Positions 1 through 7,809 are shown, counted from the first letter of the stretch. The stretch is 12,165 nt of DNA from Candidatus Latescibacterota bacterium (GCA_965205655.1 CBDBIJ010000111.1:1-12165), one strand, 5' to 3'. The notes: generated by a model from the sequence alone, not told the origin. Made by a program: numbers and translations.

Positions 1-36
1 AGGGCGGCGGCGAGGGGCGTCGGCAGCAGATGTCAT
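1..36 (-). CDS. Possible 5' end of a divergent gene (MTSAADAPRRRP..., runs off the window)
   Basis: ATG at 36-34, frame open to the window edge, downstream of a minus-strand sigma70-like promoter (109-81). Only 12 codons visible and no clear RBS. Confidence 0.3.
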   Translation of the reverse strand, partial: MTSAADAPRRRP

Positions 37-80
37 GGCTCGGTACTTGCCTGGGCTCTATGAGAGTAGAAAAAAGTTGG

Positions 81-124
81 ACAGTAGTTGTCCTCTTGAC
101 AATAGTCAAATTGGCTTGAATATT
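81..124. promoter_or_regulatory. Overlapping divergent sigma70-like promoters
   Basis: Plus: TTGACA (96-101)-N17-AATATT (119-124). Minus: TTGACT (109-104)-N17-TACTGT (86-81). AT-rich patch upstream of hflX. Confidence 0.5.
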
Positions 125-191
125 GCGACGAAACGCACGGAATGTAACGCTTTGCGACGGTCGGGCACCGTGCGTTGAAGGGAATTCGTCA

Positions 192-1493
192 TTGGGAGAC
201 AACTCCGAGACGACACACACCGAATCAGCCCTGGTCGTGGGCGTCTCTCTTCCGGGCATCCCGGCCTGGGAGGCACGTGATTCGCTCGACGAGTTGGCGC
301 GCCTCGCGGATACGGCGACACTCGATGTCGCCGAGACGGTTGTCCAGGCGCGCAAACGGATCGATCCCAGGTTGTATATCGGCAAGGGCAAGGCCTCCGA
401 GCTCAAGGAGCTGGCGCAGAAGCACGGCGTCGACCTCATCATCTTCGACAACGACCTGTCGCCGGCCCAGATGCGCAATCTGGAAGAGGCGACAGACGTG
501 CGCATTCTCGACCGCAGCGGTTTGATCCTCGACATCTTCGCTCTCCACGCCAGGACCAAGACGGCGCAGGTGCAGGTCGAGATGGCGCAGCTCAACTACC
601 TTCTTCCCCGCCTCACACGACAGTGGACGCACCTTTCGCGCCAGGCTGGAGGCGGCGCCATTCGCGGCATGGGGGCCGCCGGCGTACGCGGTCCCGGCGA
701 AACTCAGCTGGAGACTGACCGGCGGCTCATCCGCGGTCGCATCGGAGCCCTCAAGCGCGAGCTTCGGCGCATCGATTCTCAGATGAGGACGAGCCGCAAG
801 GGCAGGGCCGATCAGTTTCGCGTCGCCCTCGTCGGCTATACGAACGCCGGCAAATCGACGCTCATGCGCGCCATGTCCGGCGCCGACGTTCTCGTCCAGG
901 ATCGTCTTTTCGCCACCCTCGACTCCACCACGCGAGCCGTGGAGCTGACGCCCCATAGAAAAGTTCTTCTCTCCGACACTGTGGGATTCATAAAGAGATT
1001 GCCCCATCACCTTTTCGCCTCCTTTCGCGCCACCTTGCAGGAGACGGCAGAGGCCGATCTGCTCCTTCATGTTGTCGACATGAGTCATCCGCACTTCGAA
1101 TTGCAGATCGACACCGTGACGGAAGTTCTGTCTGAGCTGGATGTGCAAGACAAGCCGATGATTCTTGTCTACAACAAGATCGATCAGGTCGCGAGCGGCG
1201 ACGAAGAGCTCCAGGTGAAGGCCTTCGCCGATCAGGCGGGGAAGGTGGCGGTGTCAGCCCTCACCGGTGTCGGGCTGGAAACGCTGAAAGAGAAGATTCT
1301 CTACTACTGTCACGAGGGTGATGTCACTCTCGAGCTTCAGATTCCCCAGAGTCAGGGCCGCCTGCTCTCGCAGCTCCACGAGCAGGGAGAGATTCTGGAG
1401 ACGTCCTACGACAACAAAGATGTGAGGCTGCTCGTCCGGCTCGACCGCAGCCGGGCCGAGCGTCTCAATCTGGAACGATTCGCGTTGACGTAG
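192..1493 (+). CDS. hflX: Ribosome-splitting GTPase HflX
   Basis: HflX motifs DRSGLILDIFALHART, YLLPRL, RGPGETQLETDRR; G1 GYTNAGKS, G2 LFATLD, G3 DTVG, G4 NKID, G5 SAL. TTG at 192 (after GAAGGGA) preferred to the ORF-track start at 123, which overlaps the predicted -10. Confidence 0.97.
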   Translation: MGDNSETTHTESALVVGVSLPGIPAWEARDSLDELARLADTATLDVAETVVQARKRIDPRLYIGKGKASELKELAQKHGVDLIIFDNDLSPAQMRNLEEATDVRILDRSGLILDIFALHARTKTAQVQVEMAQLNYLLPRLTRQWTHLSRQAGGGAIRGMGAAGVRGPGETQLETDRRLIRGRIGALKRELRRIDSQMRTSRKGRADQFRVALVGYTNAGKSTLMRAMSGADVLVQDRLFATLDSTTRAVELTPHRKVLLSDTVGFIKRLPHHLFASFRATLQETAEADLLLHVVDMSHPHFELQIDTVTEVLSELDVQDKPMILVYNKIDQVASGDEELQVKAFADQAGKVAVSALTGVGLETLKEKILYYCHEGDVTLELQIPQSQGRLLSQLHEQGEILETSYDNKDVRLLVRLDRSRAERLNLERFALT

Positions 1494-1509
1494 AGGCAGA
1501 AAAAAGTCG

Positions 1510-1928
1510 TCACCGCTCCAGCTTCCCCTCTTCCACAGCGCGCCCGATCATCTCTTTCGCGTAGTCCCACAGTGCCGGCGCGCCCTGGGCGATGTGCCGG
1601 TTGCGGGCGATCACCCGCTTCTCCCGCACGCCGTTTCGCCTCCAGGTCGCGCCGCCTGAGTGGTAGTTCAGCAGCAGCGGCTGAAGTCTGTCGAGGGCGT
1701 TGGCGTAGCGCGACTCTGGCGTCTTCCTGTGTTCAAACTCCTCCCACAGGGCCCGAAATTCCCCTGCTTGATCGACGGGAAGCAGGTTAAAAGTTCGCTC
1801 CGCCGCCTGGCGCTCTCGTTCCTGTCTGTCTGACTGTCCCGCCTCGTCGTAGGCGAACGTGTCACCGGCATCGATCTCTACCAGATCGTGTATGAGCAGC
1901 ATCTTCAACACTTTCAAAACGTCGAGAC
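1510..1928 (-). pseudogene. HD-domain phosphohydrolase (YfbR/HDDC2-like, HD_3), 3' fragment interrupted by IS30
   Basis: LKMLLIHDLVEIDAGDT, LWEEFE, ANALDRLQP motifs; joins in frame to 3176-3358 once the IS and one AC copy are removed. Confidence 0.92.
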
Positions 1929-1942
1929 CGCGAGTTCAACCA

Positions 1943-1976
1943 GTCAACGCAACACCTTCGTCAACGCAACACCTTC
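1943..1976 (+). repeat. Perfect 17-bp tandem duplication GTCAACGCAACACCTTC x2
   Basis: Copies at 1943-1959 and 1960-1976, overlapping the IS end downstream of the transposase. Confidence 0.95.
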
Positions 1977-3113
1977 ATTGAAGCGTTCTGCGGGTGAAAC
2001 GAACCCCAACGTCTTCCGCGGGCGCTGGTTCAGTTGAAGAGCGACTCTGTTCAGGTCGGCTTGGGAGAATGGCGACAGATCGGTCTTCCTCGGGAAGTAC
2101 TGTCGAAGAAGGCGATTCGTGTTCTCATTTGTGCCTCGTTGCCAGGGACTCTGAGGATCACAGAAATACACCTCGACGTCAGTTGCGATCGAGAACTCCT
2201 TGTGCCGAGCTAGCTCCATTCCTCGATCCCAGGTAAGGGACAACCGCACCGCGGAGGGGAGTCGTTTCACCTGGCTGATCAGCGCTCTGACAACGGTCTC
2301 GGTGTCTTTGCCGTTGAGCTTCACGAGCATCGTGAACCGAGACTGCCGCTCCACCAACGTGGCGATGTGCGTGTTGTTCGACCCCGAGATCAAGTCTCCC
2401 TCCCAGTGGCCGGGAACGGCGCGGTCCTCGATCTCGGCAGGCCACTCGCTGATGGATACGGCGTCGACGATCCGGCCTCTCGGCTGATCGCGTGTGCTTG
2501 CCTTCTTGGATCGCCGCATCATCCTTCGCGTCCGCAGATGCGCAATGAGGTCCTTGTTGAGTGCCCCGCGTGCCTGGATGAAGAGAGTTCGATAGATCGT
2601 TTCGTGGGATATCTGCATATTTCCTAAAAGCGCATACTCCCGCTTCAGCCATCCCGATATCTGCTCAGGTGACCACTTCAGGCGTAGCTTGTCCGCCACG
2701 ACTCGCCGCAAACGAAGATTGGATGCGAGTCGGCAGCATTTCGGCCGGCTGGCGCGCGTCCAGGCTGCTTGGTCGGCGACGTTTGCTCGGTACCTTTGCC
2801 GCCCGCCATTGCGGGCAATCTCTCGGCTAACCGTCGAGGGTGCACGCTCAACAGCGGCCGCAATTATTCGTATCGATTTTCCCGCAGCGATACCTCGAGA
2901 GATCTCTTCACGCTCTTCCCAGCCAAGAGCCCATCGAGAGCGTCGACGCGGCATTGGTACGATGCCCCCATTGGCGGTGATGACACCATGAATCGACGCC
3001 GGATGCTTCCCGAGCGCCCGACCAATATCGCTATGCGACTGGCCGCTCTTCCATCGACGCCATACCTCCGACTTCTGTGACGCGGACAATCCTGGTCGTC
3101 CCATCTGAGCCAT
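1944..3113 (-). CDS. IS30-family DDE transposase
   Basis: Two N-terminal HTH-like regions, WSPEQI, ISHETIY, PGHWEGD (D), TWDRG (D), SPWQRGTNENTN (E), LNQRPRKTLG. AGGAGA RBS 8 nt before the ATG at 3113. Confidence 0.96.
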   Translation of the reverse strand: MAQMGRPGLSASQKSEVWRRWKSGQSHSDIGRALGKHPASIHGVITANGGIVPMPRRRSRWALGWEEREEISRGIAAGKSIRIIAAAVERAPSTVSREIARNGGRQRYRANVADQAAWTRASRPKCCRLASNLRLRRVVADKLRLKWSPEQISGWLKREYALLGNMQISHETIYRTLFIQARGALNKDLIAHLRTRRMMRRSKKASTRDQPRGRIVDAVSISEWPAEIEDRAVPGHWEGDLISGSNNTHIATLVERQSRFTMLVKLNGKDTETVVRALISQVKRLPSAVRLSLTWDRGMELARHKEFSIATDVEVYFCDPQSPWQRGTNENTNRLLRQYFPRKTDLSPFSQADLNRVALQLNQRPRKTLGFVSPAERFNEGVALTKVLR

Positions 3114-3175
3114 GTGCAACATCTCCTATGATTAGATTAGTGGGGAGAATGTTGCATTGACCGATTGAGTATACC

Positions 3176-3358
3176 ACTGCTGCCTTTGGCGTACCCCTGG
3201 AACACGATTGCCATCAGCCCGAGATGCCAGGAATGCTCGGCGTCGTTTTCGCGGCGCCTGTCCCGCATCAGGAGCGTCTGACGCATCACCTGCTTGAGCT
3301 CGTCCGTCTCGACGACAAACTCCAGTTGATGCTGCAGCCTGTCGGATTCAGCGCTCAT
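3176..3358 (-). pseudogene. HD-domain phosphohydrolase, 5' fragment (61 codons)
   Basis: QLEFVVETDELKQVMRQT and RRENDAEHSWHL motifs; the ORF-track tail after GSS is IS sequence. Confidence 0.92.
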
Positions 3359-3876
3359 CCCCCAACTCCGGTTCCGCTTCTGGTTCGACGACCGGATCGT
3401 TCAGCCTATCCTCCAGCTCTTGCTCGACCTGCTCCAGCCTCTGCGTCGCCAGATCCCGTCGCTTCTCGTAGAGGGGCGATGGCGTTCTCATCGGTGGCGT
3501 CCCTCGCCTCTCGGGCAGCGAATTCCAGCTCTGCCAGAGCCTCCTTCCTCCTCTCCTCGAGACTCCCCAGCTCCTCGTCCTTGGTCTCGTACAACTCGAG
3601 GGCGTCGACACTCAGACCCCTCTCTGTCATCATCTCCGTCTTTCGGCGCTGATAGAATGTCTGGATTCCCACGAGGGAGCTCCTGCGCTGTTGCGCCGCA
3701 CCCAGTGCACGTCGAACTCTACCCCGGATTGCCTCCAACCTCTCCAGCTCCTTTTTGAGGCTTGAGATCAAGTTCGCCGCCACCACTTTGGCGATGATCG
3801 CGGTGAGGAGGGTGATAGAGCTGATCAGGATGACATCCCCGGACAGCGAGTCCGGGGTCACGGCTTCCGTAGGCAT
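3348..3876 (-). CDS. Hypothetical single-TM coiled-coil protein, frameshifted near 3473-3476 (about 175 aa if corrected)
   Basis: Hydrophobic VILISSITLLTAIIAKVVA followed by an E/K/R/L-rich helical region. Removing one base from the 4-G run joins ...ENAIA to LYEKRRDLATQRLEQVEQELEDRL..., whose stop overlaps the HD gene start. Confidence 0.7.
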
Positions 3877-4277
3877 CGTGGCTGCTGCGGCTATAGGCGG
3901 ATTGAAGGCGTGGGAATGAAAGTCGAGGATGCGCTGGTGTCCTCAACGGTCCTACAGCGAAGATAAAGCTGACCCCGGAGAAAAGTGGAGAACATTCTGC
4001 CGGACCTTGGCAGCACGGATTACTCGATGGTCTTGCGATACGCCAAGGCACTCTTAGAGACTGCGGCACGCATTTGTCATTGCCGTCACCGAGGTGGCTC
4101 AGTCGAGCGTGGATGTCTTTCGGCAGTTTCAATTGTCAGGAAGCGCAAAAAACGGATTCTGTTCGAGATGACAATGATTCTGGGCGTCCACTATATGTTG
4201 ACGTGTGCGAAGGTGCCTGGGGATCTGTCAGCACTTCAGCTGTTTCATAACACACTGTTGTTATTGGCCTTACGTTC

Positions 4278-4305
4278 TTGATTGAGCGCGCAGTTTTTGT
4301 ATCTT
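4278..4305 (+). promoter_or_regulatory. Putative sigma70 promoter
   Basis: TTGATT-N16-TATCTT about 90 nt upstream of the ATG at 4393. Confidence 0.35.
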
Positions 4306-4392
4306 CATACCAGTACCCTGAGCAGGAATCCGGGTTTGCCAGCACATTTGAGGGTGTTCAGTCGAATTGGTCGGACCAAATCGGAGGATGAC

Positions 4393-5121
4393 ATGACCAC
4401 TATTGAGCAGCGAGTAAAAGTCTTGGAACGGCGGCTTACGAGACACAGAAATCTGTGCATGGGATTCGGACTGTCCCTGGCGGCATTGTTATTTGGAGGA
4501 GCGGCGCGCCTCAAACCCGCAGACGATCTCAGATCCGGAACCTTTGAGGAAATTGGGATCTTTGACGTGGTCCGGGCAAAGAGAATCGAAGTCGTTGACG
4601 AACGAGGTGCACGGCTTGTGTTTGCTGGCACTGATGAAGCGGGAAATGGGAAGATAGATGTTTACTCCAGGACTGATAAATTGGGTGTGGTGCTCGGATC
4701 TGAAGACGGGGGCCAAGGATCTCTTGAAATCTACTCCAACGGAAGCCACGTCGCTGTTCAGGCCGCAGTCGGTGAAACCGGAGGTGGCGTCCTTAGCGTC
4801 AACTCGAGTACAGGGCATCCTGCAGCTTTTGCCGCAGTGGACGACGCAAACACTGGATTTATGGGAATTTCCTCAAGTCAGGGGATCCCGGTGTATTTTG
4901 CCGCCGTCGATCAATCGGGCAACGGAACCCTCGGAGTGTATTCTAAGGAGGGCTATCCGCTCGTTTCCGTAGGAGCTGCGAAAACGGGGAACGGTGTGGC
5001 GGTCAACTTGTATAACGGAAGCGGCGAGAGGGTCGTGGGCTTGAGTGCGGATGACGATGGCAACGGCATTGTTGAGACCTGGGACCGAACTGGGGCGAGT
5101 CAAACGCCGAAAATGAAATAG
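4393..5121 (+). CDS. Hypothetical membrane-anchored protein with 23-aa Gly-rich beta repeats (242 aa)
   Basis: GGAGG RBS before ATG 4393; short coiled coil, hydrophobic segment, then six or more 23-24 aa repeats. Confidence 0.85.
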   Translation: MTTIEQRVKVLERRLTRHRNLCMGFGLSLAALLFGGAARLKPADDLRSGTFEEIGIFDVVRAKRIEVVDERGARLVFAGTDEAGNGKIDVYSRTDKLGVVLGSEDGGQGSLEIYSNGSHVAVQAAVGETGGGVLSVNSSTGHPAAFAAVDDANTGFMGISSSQGIPVYFAAVDQSGNGTLGVYSKEGYPLVSVGAAKTGNGVAVNLYNGSGERVVGLSADDDGNGIVETWDRTGASQTPKMK

Positions 5122-5131
5122 AGACTGACAG

Positions 5132-5878
5132 ATGAATCGAATCGTGCTTCTCATCATATTGCTGCTACTGAGCTCTTCGCGTGCCTATTCAGAGTTCAAT
5201 CCTCCTCGTATTATTCAGATCGTTCGTGGCGGCCGCGACACAGGCGCTCTTCTGGACAGCGCCGCACGCACGGCATTACAGGAACGCACCTACTATCTCG
5301 ATCGGGGCACGGAAGCCAATATCAAAATCGGGAATGTCCTGAATGTGTATCGCCAAAAGGAGGTAGTGCTCGGCCCGGACCAGACACAGTCTCTGCGGAC
5401 GTTTATGGGCACAATGGCCATAATGGCCTCGGAGGAGGGGATCTCCGTGGGACGGTTTACACCGGATTTCCGGATCGCTTCGAACCCCATGATCCAGTTC
5501 AAGACGGCTATGAAGGGGGATTCGGTCGTTCCGAAACTAAAAATTGACTCCAGCGTGTTATTCACTCCCGGTCAAGCCGGTCTCGCAACAGCGGCCCAAC
5601 AGGAGTTAGAAAAGGTCGCACAGTTTGTACAGAATTTCTCACCCTCCAAGGTGATTATCGAAGGCCATACCGATTCCGATGGAGATGAAACCGCCAACCA
5701 GACTCTCTCGGAAACGCGGGCCGAGGCGGTCAAAGACTACCTGATAACTGAGTACGAGTATATTACCGCAGATATGGTTGTGGCTCAGGGGTATGGAGAA
5801 ATGCGGCCGCTTGTCAACAACGACACTCCCGAAAACAAGGCGTTGAATCGGCGCATCGAGATCGTCGTGTGGGAGTGA
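5132..5878 (+). CDS. Secreted OmpA-family peptidoglycan-binding protein with an N-terminal FlgT-C-like beta domain
   Basis: Signal peptide MNRIVLLIILLLLSSSRAYS; OmpA_C motifs IEGHTDSDG, NQTLSETRAEAV, GYGE.RP, NRRIEI. YLDRGTEANIKIGNVLNVYR resembles FlgT C-terminal domains (less certain). Confidence 0.92.
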   Translation: MNRIVLLIILLLLSSSRAYSEFNPPRIIQIVRGGRDTGALLDSAARTALQERTYYLDRGTEANIKIGNVLNVYRQKEVVLGPDQTQSLRTFMGTMAIMASEEGISVGRFTPDFRIASNPMIQFKTAMKGDSVVPKLKIDSSVLFTPGQAGLATAAQQELEKVAQFVQNFSPSKVIIEGHTDSDGDETANQTLSETRAEAVKDYLITEYEYITADMVVAQGYGEMRPLVNNDTPENKALNRRIEIVVWE

Positions 5879-5900
5879 CGGGAACCACAAGGAGATCCTT

Positions 5901-5960
5901 ATGAACACTGTCGTGAGATACTCTCGAGTCATCCTGCCCGTTACCCTGCTGATTCTGTCT
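5901..5960 (+). pseudogene. Possible 5' remnant of a secreted-protein gene (MNTVVRYSRVILPVTLLILS)
   Basis: AAGGAGA RBS (5889-5895) and ATG 22 nt after the OmpA stop; signal-peptide-like for 20 codons, then reads antisense into the next gene and stops at 6056. Confidence 0.5.
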
Positions 5961-7490
5961 CGGTCGCGGTGTTGCTGTACCCGGCTGAAAAGGCGATATG
6001 GATCTCGCCTCGATTGGGCAGCCTTTCGTCAACCACCGCGCTCACTCGCTCCGTGACCGTCCAGTCCAGTTCGATATTCCAAAAGGGCTCGCCGCTTTGA
6101 AAAATTGCAGATGAGGCTGTGCCCCATACCGGCGACGCTGTACCCGTAAGCCAGCCCGCGCTCCCGCCGATGGTGTTGTCGTAGGTATAGCTGTTGAAGA
6201 AAACTGTCTCGAAAGTGGCATCGCCGAACTTGTAGAGCGCGTATACCCGATCGGGCGAGCTCTGCTTGTCTACCGCTACCGTGGGGAAGTAGAAAGTGGC
6301 GTCGGTATCGAGGGCGGGGTTGGCAGGTGAAGGATCGAAGTCGTCTATGTCCGCTCCATGATTGGACTGATCCCAGCCGCTTGCGTCCGCACGGTCCCAC
6401 AGGTCGGCGAGCAATGTCTTGTGCTCGATGTCGGAATTCGCCGGTGTTCCGCCATCCTCATGGAAGTAGACGACGTGTAGAACGTCACCGGTGCCGATAG
6501 CGATGTCTGGCCCCGTCTGTCGGTCCCCGTCCGGGGCTATGCGCACACCACCACTACCTCCTGCCGCACCCGCCTCGTCGACTGATTCCATGGTGAATGG
6601 GCTCGTTTGACGATTGACCTTCGTCAGCATGACGTCATCAGTACCGCTGGCTCCTCCGGTGCTGGCACCGCGGACATACGTGATGAAGATGTTGTTCCCG
6701 TTGATCGATGGCCATCCTGGGGAAAAGCGGCTACGCTGCCCTCGGTGTCCGTGGTGTCATTCGCGACAACGGCTTTGTTTTTCGGCAGCCACGTGGCCCC
6801 TCCGTCTTCGGAGTAGTTGAAGTACACGTTGTCGGGATTGGTGGAAAAAGCCGCCGTGTTACCATCGGCCCTGTCGTTGAAGGCGTATGCAACTCTGGGG
6901 TTCCCCCGGCTATCGACTTCGAGATCGAGGGTCGAAAAGGAAGGACCGCTGCCGTTGACAGTGAGAATGTCGAATCGCAGACTGCCCGACACGCTGACGG
7001 CACCCGTAAAGCTGCTTCCGCCGTCGCTGCTGCGGGCGTATCGCACATAGTAGACTGGGGTCGTTACCGGAGCGACCACTTCCTGTGATATCCAGGCGAG
7101 GTGGATGGTCCCGGCGTCCGAGACGGCGACGTCGGTCTGCAGGCCGTCCACATCGCTGGTCTCGATCCGCCGCGCTGTTTCGAGCCTGTGAAAATGGCCG
7201 TACACGGGATTCGTCGGCGTGGCCGCCTGGTTCAGGTCCGCCCGAATCGTGACGTTCGCGCCCTCGACGAAATCCCTCTTGACGGTGCTGTCAGAAGAAG
7301 AAAAGCCGGTGGGTGTCCTGTTCTCGAAAATCGGCAGAGCCCCGTCTGCGCCCGAGCAGAGCGCCAAGAGGCAGACGGTGAGCCACGGGAGCGCTGACGC
7401 CCCGGTCGGCAGCGGGCACGCATGGGTTGCCCGTCCGCCGTTGCCTTTCCTGACGACGGCGTCTCGTCCGTTTCTGAGTCGTACAGCCAT
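5941..7490 (-). CDS. Secreted BNR/Asp-box (sialidase-like propeller) protein; two frameshifts near 6720 and 6696, probably 3'-truncated (about 515 aa if corrected)
   Basis: Signal-like LPWLTVCLLALCSGADGA; Asp-boxes RSSDGGSSF and YSEDGGATW; propeller-like strands (IHLAW, LHVVY, IHIAF). Removing two bases joins ORFs 6624-7490 and 5941-6630 through AAFPRMAIDQR(D/N)NIFITYVRG. Start codon uncertain. Confidence 0.75.
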
Positions 7491-7601
7491 GTACCCGGAC
7501 GGTACCCGGGCAGCTCTGAGTTTTCACGGGTCCATTCCTTCGGAGCGTGCGACTCCCGCGTCGTGCGAGAGGGCTCTGACACGTATCCGAGGGTCATTTT
7601 A

Positions 7602-7617
7602 AGCAAGATCAATGCCA
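7602..7617 (-). promoter_or_regulatory. Sigma54 (RpoN) -24/-12 promoter
   Basis: TGGCATTGATCTTGCT on the minus strand, GG-N10-GC spacing, about 110 nt upstream of ATG 7490. Confidence 0.72.
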
Positions 7618-7793
7618 TTTTCCTTGGACGATGGAAGAGCCAGAGAGGGAGCCGCCGCCGTGAGCGAGACCCTTTCCCATCGACCGTCCTGACGCGGAAA
7701 TTTCTTCCCCCGCGCCGGCCTTTTGTTCCACTTATATGGCTCCGTTGCCGGCGGATATGGTCGCCTGCCACTGCTCCCTGCCCTGTCACCAGA

Positions 7794-7809
7794 TGGCACA
7801 CCTTTTGCC
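7794..7809 (+). promoter_or_regulatory. Sigma54 (RpoN) -24/-12 promoter
   Basis: TGGCACACCTTTTGCC matches TGGCAC-N5-TTGC, about 90 nt upstream of ATG 7899. Confidence 0.7.

Larger units (their letters stand above)
1929..3175 (-). mobile_element. IS30-family insertion sequence, 1247 bp
   Basis: Imperfect 26-bp terminal IRs: CGCGAGTTCAACCAGTCAACGCAACA (1929-1954) and GGTATACTCAATCGGTCAATGCAACA (3175-3150), 17/26 identical, 16/19 in the inner part. AC direct repeat at 1927-1928 and 3176-3177. One transposase ORF. Confidence 0.95.

Noticed and set aside
640..700. Longer Gly-rich loop in HflX (RQAGGGAIRGMGAAGVRGPGE)
   Set aside because: This loop is length-variable among HflX proteins; it cannot support an HflXr-type resistance call.
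225..1148. 307-aa minus-strand ORF and the many other overlapping short ORFs
   Set aside because: Antisense or alternate-frame shadows of well-supported GC-rich genes, with no recognisable motifs.
2420..2460. ISEWPAE where IS30 transposases often have ISERPAE
   Set aside because: Single substitution outside the DDE triad; effect cannot be judged.
3719..4345. ORFs 3985-4281, 3719-4132 and 4136-4345
   Set aside because: No convincing RBS, unprotein-like composition and mutual overlaps; more likely intergenic.
7491..7509. Direct repeat GTACCCGG x2
   Set aside because: Only 8 bp in GC-rich DNA; no supporting context.
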